64,000 nucleotides of DNA. It comes from Candidatus Anammoxibacter sp. Its GTDB lineage: Bacteria; Planctomycetota; Brocadiia; Brocadiales; Anammoxibacteraceae. The number at the start of each line of letters is the position of its first letter. Within the stretch, counting starts at the first letter, position 1. Under the pieces are notes generated by a model. The model searched no databases. It saw only the letters and a program-made list of their open reading frames with translations, and was not told the DNA's origin. The position numbers and the translations under genes were made by a program. Location of the stretch: positions 135,932 through 199,931 of the forward strand of contig JAIQZO010000067.1 of the NCBI GenBank assembly GCA_021777055.1. The letters are read 5' to 3'. Of the stretch, positions 40,035-49,640 are shown in pieces.

Positions 40035-41423
40035 ATGGTAGGCAAAATGTCTGATTATTTGATCATTGGCAATGGTGTGGCGGGTAAAAAAGCGGCAGAA
40101 ACAATTCGTGGCTTGGATAAATCTGGAAGTATAACTGTTGTTTCAAGTGAAAATCATGATTTTTATTATAGACCACAACTTCCAAGTTTTGTTGCAGGTA
40201 AAGTTGAGAAGGAACGCCTGTTTGATAATCAAGGAAGGTTTTATGAGGAAAATAATATAGACTTGCTTTTGGGTACTAAGGCGGTAAACGTGCTTCCTTT
40301 TAAAAACCGCGTGGTATTTGATAATGGTAGCAGTCTTGAGTATGGAAAATTGCTTTTATCCCCTGGCGGTAGATTAAAACAGAGGGTTTATCCGGGTGGA
40401 GAGGGCACTTCTGGTGTTGTTGGTATGAAAACACTTGATGATGCAGCATTTATAAAAGGTAAAATTGACAGATTAAAGCATGCCCTAGTTATAGGCGAAA
40501 GCTTTCTTGCTACATATCTTGTTGAAGCACTAAATGAAGGAGGGGTTTCCGTGACGTATATTTTACGTAATGAAAATCTCTTTCCGAATCTTCTCGATGT
40601 AGATGCTTCCGCGATTCTGGAAAGGCGGCTGCAACTAAAGGGTGTAAATGTCCTAAAGGATGAAGACATAAGAGAGATATGTGTTAGTGACGGTTCTGTA
40701 AATGGTGTAAAAACGATTAATGACAACTTTATTGAATGTCAGTTGGTGGGGATTGCGGATGGGCTTAAACCAGATATAGAGTTTGTAAGAAATGCAGAAA
40801 TTGCAACTGGAGAAGGTATATTTGTGGATAAACAAATGCGTACTAACGTACCAGATATTTTCGCGGCGGGAGATGCGGCAATGCGTATTAGCTCAGGGAA
40901 TAATGAGATGCCGCAAATTAATATACGATGGCTTAAAGCTTGGAAACAGGGCATTGTTGCCGGGAAAAACATGGTAGGTAATAATGCGTCTTATGACGAT
41001 CTGGAATGTTTTGCTTCAACGCGGATCTATGATGTTAATCTGGTTTCGTTAGGGATTTCTAATCCGTGTGGAGGGAAATACAAAATAATGACAGGCAAAC
41101 ATGCACAGATTGGGAAAGACATTTATAAAAAGATTGTATTGGATAATGGAAAGATCGTAGGTGCCCTATTGGTTGGTGATGTGGCGGAGGCCTCTATACT
41201 AATGGATGCAATTGCAAAAGAGAAGATGATTACGGACATTGATGAAGGGTTTGTAAATCAGATGTTTGGAGCTGGCATTCAATTGAAACCAAATAGTTGT
41301 GTTGTATGTCCAGTTTGTAAACTTGATATATTATCGGACTCACTATTGAAAGAAGGGAGTCTGATTGGCTGTCCTGCTTGTGGAATTGACATAAATTTGA
41401 AAGAAAACATGGTGCAATTATAA
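40035..41423 (+). CDS. FAD-dependent pyridine-nucleotide oxidoreductase (rubredoxin-reductase-like) with C-terminal CxxC..CxxC domain
   Basis: IIGNGVAG, YYRPQL, TNVPDIFAAGD, CPVC...CPAC. Confidence 0.82.
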   Translation: MVGKMSDYLIIGNGVAGKKAAETIRGLDKSGSITVVSSENHDFYYRPQLPSFVAGKVEKERLFDNQGRFYEENNIDLLLGTKAVNVLPFKNRVVFDNGSSLEYGKLLLSPGGRLKQRVYPGGEGTSGVVGMKTLDDAAFIKGKIDRLKHALVIGESFLATYLVEALNEGGVSVTYILRNENLFPNLLDVDASAILERRLQLKGVNVLKDEDIREICVSDGSVNGVKTINDNFIECQLVGIADGLKPDIEFVRNAEIATGEGIFVDKQMRTNVPDIFAAGDAAMRISSGNNEMPQINIRWLKAWKQGIVAGKNMVGNNASYDDLECFASTRIYDVNLVSLGISNPCGGKYKIMTGKHAQIGKDIYKKIVLDNGKIVGALLVGDVAEASILMDAIAKEKMITDIDEGFVNQMFGAGIQLKPNSCVVCPVCKLDILSDSLLKEGSLIGCPACGIDINLKENMVQL

Positions 41424-41529
41424 TAATATATGTGCAGATTTTGTTTTTGAGTTTCAAAGTATAAATAATAGCAGCATTTAAAGTGCGTGAATTGAAATAT
41501 TGATAAATTCATCTTTCGGAGGTTAGATA

Positions 41530-41748
41530 TTGGTGGCAGACGAAAGCAAAAAGGTCTTATCAGAGGCAGCGCAAGCAGTTGTGATGGCAATTGGTAGGGA
41601 GCGAAATGCTGTTGAATTTTATAGTTATCTGGCTGAAACAGTTACGATATCCAAGGCCAGTGAGTTCTTTGAAAGGATGGCACAAAGAGAACTTGAGGAT
41701 ATGGAAGAACTGGAACTCTTTTTAGCAAAATTGAACAAGAAGAAGTAG
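41530..41748 (+). CDS. small half-rubrerythrin/ferritin-like protein
   Basis: GGAGG RBS; AIGRERNAVEFY...MAQRELED. Confidence 0.65.
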   Translation: MVADESKKVLSEAAQAVVMAIGRERNAVEFYSYLAETVTISKASEFFERMAQRELEDMEELELFLAKLNKKK

Positions 41749-41759
41749 GAGATGGAAAA

Positions 41760-43184
41760 ATGAAATTATTCAAAAAAAAGGTAAAAATACAATATAAAGT
41801 TGAGAATGTTGCCAAAGCAATAGATAGATTAAAGAGCGAGGTTGGAGACTCTCGGGTCTATAATAACATAGAAGAACGGATCTGCTACGCCTTTGACGCA
41901 ACAAAGCAGAGTTCTCTGCCTGATGTAATAGTAAAGCCGGAAACAACTGAACATGTTGCCGCTGCAGTTAAAATTGCCAATGAGCTTGAAATACCTATTT
42001 ACGCCAGAGGTGCTGGTACAGGGTTGACAGGCGGTTGTGTTCCCATTAAAGGTGGCATGGTTATTGATATAATGAAGATGAATAAGATTATAGAGATCAG
42101 CCCCCATGATTTGACCGCAGTAGTTGAGCCTTGTGTAATAACCAAGCATTTGCAGGATGAGGTAGGGAAACACCGCCTCTTTTACCCCCCGGATCCATCA
42201 AGTGCGGATTCATCTACAATAGGGGGAAATGTCGCAGAGTGTGCTGGAGGGATTACCGGTGTGAAGTATGGTGTTACCCGTAACTACATCCTGTCTCTTG
42301 AAGTTGTTTTGGCCGACGGAACAATAATGAAGTGTGGGCGTAGAACATTGAAAAGTGTAACAGGATATGATTTGACCAGATTATTTGTGGGATCAGAAGG
42401 CACCCTGGGGATTTTTACGAAGATAGGGGTCAGGCTTATTCCTATGCCTAAGAAAATCTTGTCGGTTCAAGCTCAATTTACTAACGTTGACGATGCTTTG
42501 GCCACTGGTGACGATGTGATTAATAATAATGTTCTGCCCAGAACACTGGAAATGATGGACGAAATCAGTATCAAGTCGGTTAGGGATTATGGTGGGCTTA
42601 AAATACCGGAAGAGGTAAAGGCCATTCTTATTATCGATGTTGACGGACAGGAGACTGCGGTTTTGGAAGAGTTAGATACAATAGAGGAGCTATGCCGTAA
42701 AAACAATGCTGTCCATCTCATCAGGGCGAACACAACGGAAGAGCGTGAGAAAGTCTGGGCAGTAAGGAGGTCCATATCTCCTGCCTTATACAAGATCGCC
42801 CCTTTAAAGATAAATGAGGATATTTGTGTGCCACGAAGCAAGATAAAAGTTATCCTTGATAAGGTGAAGAAATCCCTGGAAGGGACTTCAATCTTAATGG
42901 CGGCATTTGGTCATATTGGTGACGGAAATATACACCTGAACTATATGCATCACGAGGATGAGAAAGAACTGGTCCATAAGCTGGTAACGGAAATATTTAA
43001 AGAAGTGGTTGCCGTTGGTGGAACCATCTCCGGAGAACATGGTATTGGAACAACCAAGCAGGAGTTTATGAGAAGCGAGCTTACGCCTGAAGAGCTTACT
43101 GTTATGAGATCACTAAAGAATCTTTTTGATCCAAAGGGTCTTTTAAATCCAGGTAAAATGTTTCCAGTGGATGATGATGAATAG
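41760..43184 (+). CDS. glcD: GlcD-like FAD-linked oxidoreductase (glycolate/D-lactate)
   Basis: RGAGTGLTGG, YPPDPSS, GSEGTLG, GHIGDGNIH, SGEHGIG, LNPGK. Confidence 0.85.
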   Translation: MKLFKKKVKIQYKVENVAKAIDRLKSEVGDSRVYNNIEERICYAFDATKQSSLPDVIVKPETTEHVAAAVKIANELEIPIYARGAGTGLTGGCVPIKGGMVIDIMKMNKIIEISPHDLTAVVEPCVITKHLQDEVGKHRLFYPPDPSSADSSTIGGNVAECAGGITGVKYGVTRNYILSLEVVLADGTIMKCGRRTLKSVTGYDLTRLFVGSEGTLGIFTKIGVRLIPMPKKILSVQAQFTNVDDALATGDDVINNNVLPRTLEMMDEISIKSVRDYGGLKIPEEVKAILIIDVDGQETAVLEELDTIEELCRKNNAVHLIRANTTEEREKVWAVRRSISPALYKIAPLKINEDICVPRSKIKVILDKVKKSLEGTSILMAAFGHIGDGNIHLNYMHHEDEKELVHKLVTEIFKEVVAVGGTISGEHGIGTTKQEFMRSELTPEELTVMRSLKNLFDPKGLLNPGKMFPVDDDE

Positions 43185-43409
43185 TATATCATAGCGCGGC
43201 AAAGCCGCAACCAAAATACAGAATACAGAATACAGAATTCAGGAGTCAGAATTCAGAATAAAGCATAGATTTCTGATTGTTTTAGAATATAGTTATTAAT
43301 TGTAAATTTGTATTCACTTCCTGAATCATGTTTTCTATTATTCCATATTCTATATTCCATAAAAACTACAAAATCTTTTTAAAAAAGAAGTTTTTATAAA
43401 GTAATACTA
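43182..43409 (+). mobile_element. 228-bp repeat element with internal heptamer tandem repeats
   Basis: Ends TAGTAT/ATACTA; GCGGCAAAGCCGC hairpin; (TACAGAA)3-TTCAGGA-GTCAGAA-TTCAGAA with complementary TTCT/TTCC units downstream; two partial copies elsewhere in the window. Confidence 0.7.
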
Positions 43410-43523
43410 TAAATACCGATAGTTTAAGAAATTGACCAGCTTTGCGAAGATATTAATTGCGGTTTGTAAGACTGAGTTTGTCTAACATTTTAGGATTGTA
43501 AATTTTATACAGAAGATATAATC

Positions 43524-44783
43524 ATGTCATTAAATTGGGAAGAAGAGATAGCAAAATGTTCCATGTGTGGTAAGTGCCATTCTGTTTGTCCTGTCTACCT
43601 TGAGACTGGAGAAGAGTCCATGGTTACCCGTGGCAGGATAAGTCTGGCTATTGCGCTAAGAGATCATCAGATAACCATGACAGAGGCCCTGAAGGACTCT
43701 GTGTTTTCATGCAAAAAATGTTTGAGGTGCTGTAAGATATGCCCCTCAGATGTTAACTTTGAAATTATTATCCAACACCTTTTATATAGCGTGGCTGAAG
43801 AGATGGGGATTCCACTGCTTCCAAAGCTTGTCTTCAGATGGGTTTTGCCAAGAAGGTGGCTCTTCAATTTGATGCTTAAATGCGCTGGAATTGGGCAGAA
43901 AATTATGCCAGCCAAGGAAAGGGGGCTTATGCGTCACCTCCCAATGATGTTTCTTGGCGACCGATGGATACCCACTCTATCTAAAGACTCCGCATTAAAG
44001 CAGTTTGGTGGAGTGCACAAGGTGGCAAACCCCAAAATGCGTGTGGCTTTTTTTACCGGATGTCTTATTAACTATGTATATACAGATATAGCAGAAGCGG
44101 TAATAGATGTGTTGAACAGGCTGGATATTGAAGTTGTTGTTCCAAAAAAACAGCTCTGCTGCAGTATACCTGCGCTGTCTCTTGGTGACCGTAAGGCAGC
44201 AACGACAATCATGTTTAAAAATCAGGATGCGATGAAAGAGGAAAAGGTTGATGCTGTAGTTGCTGCATGCGGCACGTGTACAAAGGCTCTAAAACATGAC
44301 TATTTGCATGTACTGGAAGATTCCTGGCAAGAGATGTCTGACAAGGTTTACGATATATCAGAATTTATTGAAAAGTTTACCGAATATAAGACTGAACCAA
44401 GCGAAGAAAAGTTGACTTACCATGACCCATGCCATCTGTTCTGGGCACTTGATATTCATGATCAACCCCGGGACCAGCTCAAAAGATCAGGAAACTATGT
44501 AGAGCTGGAAGGTGCTTCTAATTGCTGTGGTGGAGGTGGTGTGTTTACCTTGCTGCATTATGACTTAACGGTAAAGATTATGAACAAAAAGATTGATGAC
44601 ATAGAAAAAAGTGGAGCTGATATTGTTACGTCCAACTGCCCAGGATGTGTCATGCAGATCTCAGATGGAATTGCCGGGCGGGATCTTAATGTAAAGGCGA
44701 TGCATACTATTCAGGTGCTAAGAAAGTCGTTGATTGATGGTAGTAAGAGGCAACTTAAAGAAGAGGTTGAAGTGGCTAGCTGA
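43524..44783 (+). CDS. glcF: GlcF-like Fe-S protein (2x[4Fe-4S] + CCG domains)
   Basis: CSMCGKCHSVCP, CKKCLRCCKICP, FTGC, YHDPCH, CCGGGG, CPGC. Confidence 0.85.
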   Translation: MSLNWEEEIAKCSMCGKCHSVCPVYLETGEESMVTRGRISLAIALRDHQITMTEALKDSVFSCKKCLRCCKICPSDVNFEIIIQHLLYSVAEEMGIPLLPKLVFRWVLPRRWLFNLMLKCAGIGQKIMPAKERGLMRHLPMMFLGDRWIPTLSKDSALKQFGGVHKVANPKMRVAFFTGCLINYVYTDIAEAVIDVLNRLDIEVVVPKKQLCCSIPALSLGDRKAATTIMFKNQDAMKEEKVDAVVAACGTCTKALKHDYLHVLEDSWQEMSDKVYDISEFIEKFTEYKTEPSEEKLTYHDPCHLFWALDIHDQPRDQLKRSGNYVELEGASNCCGGGGVFTLLHYDLTVKIMNKKIDDIEKSGADIVTSNCPGCVMQISDGIAGRDLNVKAMHTIQVLRKSLIDGSKRQLKEEVEVAS

Positions 44784-44903
44784 GGTAATATAAATGGGTT
44801 GGTTTCTGCAAATACGTATACTTTCTGGTGAAGGTTTTGCGGTACCTATACGTGATTGTTCATGTTTAATATAATTAAGTGGTGTCTTAAGAAGAAAAGT
44901 CAA

Positions 44904-45632
44904 ATGAAAACATTATTTTCGTTTTGTGCTATATTAACAGCGTCTATTCTACTTTCACAAGGTTTTTGTTTTTTTGAAGCCAGTGGGAAGAATTATAGAT
45001 ATAAAGAATGGACATTTCTTTATGAAGAGAAATGCTCAAAGTGCCATACGCTTGAGAGAGTGTTCAAGGATGTTAAAACTGAGGATGAGTGGAAGGCCTG
45101 TGTTACGGAGATGATGCGAAAGAGCCCGTTGTGGATTACGCCGGAAGATGCCTCGCAGATCGCAGATGAAATAATAGGTATAAAGGAAGAGCTTGTAGTT
45201 GAAAAATCGCAAAAACGAAAATATGATAACGCTACAGTTCTTTTTATAGATAGGTGTACTAGGTGCCATTCCGCAAATATGATACTTACTAAAAACAAGA
45301 CAAGGGAAGAGTGGCGAGATACTGTCTGGAGAATGCGTGACAAAGCACCTGATACCTTTTTTCGAGGAGATATTAGTGCTATTTTAGATTTCATTGTCGA
45401 GAGAAGTGAGTTGATGAAAGATGATATCTCTGCAGACATTATGGTAAACAAGTGCTTGATTTGTCATGAATCGGGGAGAATTCTGCTTGAACAAAAGACT
45501 AGAAAAGAGTGGGAAGAATGCGTCAGGGATATGCGTGATATTGTACGTGATAAGTTGAAAAAAGATTGGTATACTCATGACGAATTTAAATTAATAGTTA
45601 ATCTGCTTGTAAAGACACAGGGAGTGGAGTAA
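44904..45632 (+). CDS. exported trihaem c-type cytochrome
   Basis: CSKCH, CTRCH, CLICH; start set at MKTLFSF. Confidence 0.85.
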   Translation: MKTLFSFCAILTASILLSQGFCFFEASGKNYRYKEWTFLYEEKCSKCHTLERVFKDVKTEDEWKACVTEMMRKSPLWITPEDASQIADEIIGIKEELVVEKSQKRKYDNATVLFIDRCTRCHSANMILTKNKTREEWRDTVWRMRDKAPDTFFRGDISAILDFIVERSELMKDDISADIMVNKCLICHESGRILLEQKTRKEWEECVRDMRDIVRDKLKKDWYTHDEFKLIVNLLVKTQGVE

Positions 45633-45715
45633 CTGTTGTTTATGAGTTCTTTGCGGAGAAATTCTTAACTTTTAATTGTGGGTCTATCTTTTTTTTGCTG
45701 TAAAATGGAGGATAC

Positions 45716-46918
45716 ATGAAATCGGTTGAAATAAAAGAAAATGTGTTTTGGGTGGGCGTCTTGGATCCTACTCTTGTAGTGTTTGATATTGTTATACCCA
45801 CGGAACATGGTACAACATATAACGCATACCTTGTTAAAGGTAAAGAGAAGACCGCATTGATAGACACGGTAAAAGAACCGTTTAAAGAGGATTATCTAAA
45901 TCTTATCGGAACAATTATTGACCCAAAAGAGATAGATTATATTGTAATAAACCATTCGGAACCTGACCATTCAGGTGCACTTCCATACCTTTACGATTTT
46001 GTCCCAAACATTACGCCAGTTTATTCAAGAACAGCCAAGACGTTTGTTAGTAGCATACTTCACAAAGAGTTTAATCCTATTGTTGTAGGGGATGGAGACA
46101 AAATTGATCTGGGCGGCAAGACTCTAAGCTTTGTAACGGCTCCTTTTTTACACTGGCCTGACACAATGTTTACATACCTCGAAGAGGATAAAATCCTGTT
46201 TCCTTGTGATGCCTTTGGTGCCCATTATTGTAGTGAGCAACGATTTAATGATGAGATTGATGAACCTGATGTAGTTCATGCTGCTTTTGAATATTATTAC
46301 AAGTGTATATTAAGGCCGTTTAAAGACCATATAGTAAGGGCAATGGAGAAGATAAAGGATTTGGACATTGATATTATAGCACCTTCTCATGGTCCGATTT
46401 TACGGTCAAATGTATCCGGTTATATTGAGGATTATAAAAAATGGGCATATAACGCCAAAGATCCTTCTGTAAAAAAGAAGATCAGCATATTGTACGTCTC
46501 CTCTTATGGCAACACTGCAAAGATGGCAAAGTCCATTGCCAGGGGCGCTGTTCTTCCCGGTGTAGAGATATCCCTTTATAATGTAACGGAAGTTCCCCTG
46601 GATAAGATAATAGATGAAGTTGAGATATCTGACGGTATTATTATTGGTACTCCAACTTTAAATGCAAAGACACCTGAACCAATCTTTGATATCATTTCAA
46701 AGCTTGTGACACTTAATGTTAAGGGAAAGGCTGCTGCAGTGTTTGGCTGCTACGGCTGGAGCGGTGAAGCTATACAAATGACAGAAGATATCCTGAAAAG
46801 TTTTAAATTCAAGATCATTGTTGGCAGTTGCAAATTAAAGTTGGTTCCGACAGAAGAGGAATTAAAGCAATGCGAAGAGTTTGGCAGAACATATGCTAAG
46901 ACGCTATTAGGAAAGTAG
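45716..46918 (+). CDS. fprA: flavodiiron protein (A-type flavoprotein)
   Basis: HSEPDHSG, LHWPDTM, CDAFGAH, PSHGP, SYGNT, FGCYGWSGE. Confidence 0.92.
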   Translation: MKSVEIKENVFWVGVLDPTLVVFDIVIPTEHGTTYNAYLVKGKEKTALIDTVKEPFKEDYLNLIGTIIDPKEIDYIVINHSEPDHSGALPYLYDFVPNITPVYSRTAKTFVSSILHKEFNPIVVGDGDKIDLGGKTLSFVTAPFLHWPDTMFTYLEEDKILFPCDAFGAHYCSEQRFNDEIDEPDVVHAAFEYYYKCILRPFKDHIVRAMEKIKDLDIDIIAPSHGPILRSNVSGYIEDYKKWAYNAKDPSVKKKISILYVSSYGNTAKMAKSIARGAVLPGVEISLYNVTEVPLDKIIDEVEISDGIIIGTPTLNAKTPEPIFDIISKLVTLNVKGKAAAVFGCYGWSGEAIQMTEDILKSFKFKIIVGSCKLKLVPTEEELKQCEEFGRTYAKTLLGK

Positions 46919-46994
46919 TTAACGTTGTTGTTGGTTATTCAGTATAGAAGATTTGATTGTTCTTTATATTTTTCTTTGGTTAGTTCCATATTTC

Positions 46995-47039
46995 AAAAAA
47001 AAAGCTTGTACATAAATAAATGTGCAAGCTTTTTTTTTT
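46995..47039. terminator. intrinsic terminator (symmetric)
   Basis: A-run-GCTTGTACAT...ATGTGCAAGC-T-run. Confidence 0.8.
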
Positions 47040-47147
47040 GATTTTAATAAGAATTTCTCAATTTAGATAAAAGCAAGCCGATTAATAATTACATGTAATT
47101 TGATAAATTTATCAAAGATATCTAACATGTCACGCTAGGGGAAAAGT

Positions 47148-48644
47148 TTGAACGAAAAACTTCTGTTTGTAAACCAAAAAGACAGTAAATTAATAGCCCT
47201 ATTCGGAATTTTATTAATTGGTCTTTTTCTGCGAGTATATGACTTAGGGGGTGAAAGTATATGGTTTGATGAAGGATACTCGATTAGATTTGCGAATTTA
47301 AGCTTATCCCAGATATTTTTCCTTCCAGAGAACAACCCTCCGCTATATTATATTATTCTGCATTGGTGGATTAATTTGTTTGGCGATTCGGAATTTTCTA
47401 TTAGATTTCCGTCCGTTATATTTGGATTCCTATCAATATATATGATATATAAAGTAGGGAGTCAAATTTATAATAAAGATGTAGGTATATTAAGTTCATT
47501 ACTCCTGGGATTGTCTGCTTTTCATATTCGCTATTCTCAAGAAGCAAGGACGTATAGTTTGTCTACTCTTCTAACTCTCATTTCCATATATTTCTTCATA
47601 AGCTTACACAGAAAGGGGAATTATACTGTTTTGCTTGGGTATATTTTCTTTAGCACCCTCTTAATATATTCTCATATCTATGGTTTATTCATAATAATAT
47701 TTCAGAATATTTATTTTATTGCATTGTTTTTCTTGTCAAAAGAAACTCATAAGCTTAGCCTTAAAAGATGGATTTCTATACAGATTATATTAATTATTCT
47801 ATTTCTTCCGTGGATTAAGATTTTTATGACCCAAACATTAGGGGTCGTAGTGGATGGTTTTTGGATAAAGGTTCCTGGTTTAGGAACAATAAAAGCATCT
47901 CTTAGAAAGTTTTCTGGAGGGGAATTGCTATTTTTGCTTTTTATGATATTAATACCTTTGTCTATGATAACGTATGAAAAAATTGGAGGTAATAAGAATT
48001 GGAGAAGTATTTTTCGTTGTATTGAGAGCTGTCGCTGGAAAATACAATTTATAAATACTGATAAGATTTGTTTGTTGATACTATGGCTTTCAAGTCCTAT
48101 TATTTTGCCATTTATAATTTCGCGATTTACAACTCCGATTTATCATACCAAATATACAATCGTAGCTTCGTTGGCTTTCTATTTATTAGTGGCCAAAGGA
48201 ATCAACAATATAAGTCATAAATATCTTAGGTTAATCATAATTAGTGTTGTCGTTGCATTTTCGTTAATATATATTTCTGGGTATTACACCAAAGCGAATA
48301 AGGAACGATGGAGAGATTTGGCGTATTATATAGATAAAAATGCTAAAAATACTGATTTGTTACTTTTTAACTCAGGTGATTGTATAGATATTGTCTTTAA
48401 TTATTACTCTAAAAGGGTAGGTTTAATTAAAAAACCGTTTCCTGAGAAAACTAGATATGTTGATGATGAAAATATAAAAGAGTTAGGGCCCATCACTGAT
48501 GCTTTCAATAGGGTGTGGGTTATATTCTCACATAGTAGGGATGAGAAAGGGCTTATTAACCAACGGCTTAGTGAAGCTTATAATTTATCATATCAAAAGA
48601 AATATTATGGTATAAATGTATATCGTTGGGACAGAAGAGAATGA
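47148..48644 (+). CDS. GT-C (PMT/GT39-like) membrane glycosyltransferase
   Basis: SIWFDE, NPPLYY, YSQEARTYS; multi-TM. Confidence 0.85.
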   Translation: MNEKLLFVNQKDSKLIALFGILLIGLFLRVYDLGGESIWFDEGYSIRFANLSLSQIFFLPENNPPLYYIILHWWINLFGDSEFSIRFPSVIFGFLSIYMIYKVGSQIYNKDVGILSSLLLGLSAFHIRYSQEARTYSLSTLLTLISIYFFISLHRKGNYTVLLGYIFFSTLLIYSHIYGLFIIIFQNIYFIALFFLSKETHKLSLKRWISIQIILIILFLPWIKIFMTQTLGVVVDGFWIKVPGLGTIKASLRKFSGGELLFLLFMILIPLSMITYEKIGGNKNWRSIFRCIESCRWKIQFINTDKICLLILWLSSPIILPFIISRFTTPIYHTKYTIVASLAFYLLVAKGINNISHKYLRLIIISVVVAFSLIYISGYYTKANKERWRDLAYYIDKNAKNTDLLLFNSGDCIDIVFNYYSKRVGLIKKPFPEKTRYVDDENIKELGPITDAFNRVWVIFSHSRDEKGLINQRLSEAYNLSYQKKYYGINVYRWDRRE

Positions 48645-48776
48645 AGGGAGATCTTAGCTTAAACTATTTCCATTTCCGCTGTACTTATTATATCTGTGCT
48701 TTAAAATTTCCAATAGGAGTTAAAAATAATTTACTACTAAAATCTGAGTATAAAAAGAAATTATTTTTCTAAACAC

Positions 48777-49532
48777 TCAAAGAAAAATAATATAATTTCT
48801 GATAAATTTCATGCTATTTCCTAAACGAATCCACCATGCATTTATTATAAACTCAACAATATCAGAAGCACCTAATTTTGTTTCACCTTTTATTCTATCA
48901 ACAAACTCTACCGGGACTTCTTTTACGATGGCTCCTTTAGCTACCGCTTTATGCAATAAAGTCATTTGAAAGGCATAACCTTTTACCCCAAGATTTCCAA
49001 TATTTATTCTTTTTAGAACTGAAGCATGTATTGCACGAAAACCAGCAGTGCAATCACGAATTTTGTATAGCCCAACAATATAACGTGCAAATATATTTCC
49101 ACAAGTAGAAATCGTTTTCCTTCTGAGTCCCCAGTCATGCGGGACTTTCCCTCCGTCAATATAGCGGCTGCCAATAACAAAGTTAACTCCTTTATCAAGG
49201 GCGGCAATAATTCGTGGAACATCTTCAGGTTTATGAGAAAAATCAGCATCCATCTCCATGACAATATCAGCATTTAGGTTATCAATGGCATATTGCATGC
49301 CTCTGATGTATGCAACGCCTAAACCTTGTTTTTTGCCTGTAATTAGGTGGATATTTGCAGACTTTTTAGTTTCTGTTTTAACAATTCCGGCGGTTCCGTC
49401 TGGGGAATTATCGTCAACAACAAGTATATTCATGTTGTGTGGCAATTTTCTGAACTCTTCTTGTAATGAATCTATCAAATGGCCAATGTTTTCTTTCTCG
49501 TTATAAGTTGGTATAATTATTATGATTTTCAT
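48777..49532 (-). CDS. polyprenol-phosphate mannosyltransferase (GT2, Dpm1-like)
   Basis: IPTYNE, VDDNSPDGT, EMDADFSH, DCTAGFR. Confidence 0.9.
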   Translation of the reverse strand: MKIIIIIPTYNEKENIGHLIDSLQEEFRKLPHNMNILVVDDNSPDGTAGIVKTETKKSANIHLITGKKQGLGVAYIRGMQYAIDNLNADIVMEMDADFSHKPEDVPRIIAALDKGVNFVIGSRYIDGGKVPHDWGLRRKTISTCGNIFARYIVGLYKIRDCTAGFRAIHASVLKRINIGNLGVKGYAFQMTLLHKAVAKGAIVKEVPVEFVDRIKGETKLGASDIVEFIINAWWIRLGNSMKFIRNYIIFL

Positions 49533-49573
49533 GTTTATGTTCTATCGGTTAATTTCGAACACGGTTCATCCAT

Positions 49574-49610
49574 AAAAAAAAGCAGGAACTTTAATTGCTC
49601 CTGCTTTTTT
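49574..49610 (-). terminator. intrinsic terminator after PEP-CTERM gene
   Basis: A8-GCAGGA...TCCTGC-T6. Confidence 0.75.
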
Positions 49611-49640
49611 ATTCCTTAGATCTGTTTTATTTAAAAAGCA

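Noticed and set aside
43215-43260. Tandem repeats as possible CRISPR
   Set aside because: 7-bp units without unique spacers; no cas genes.
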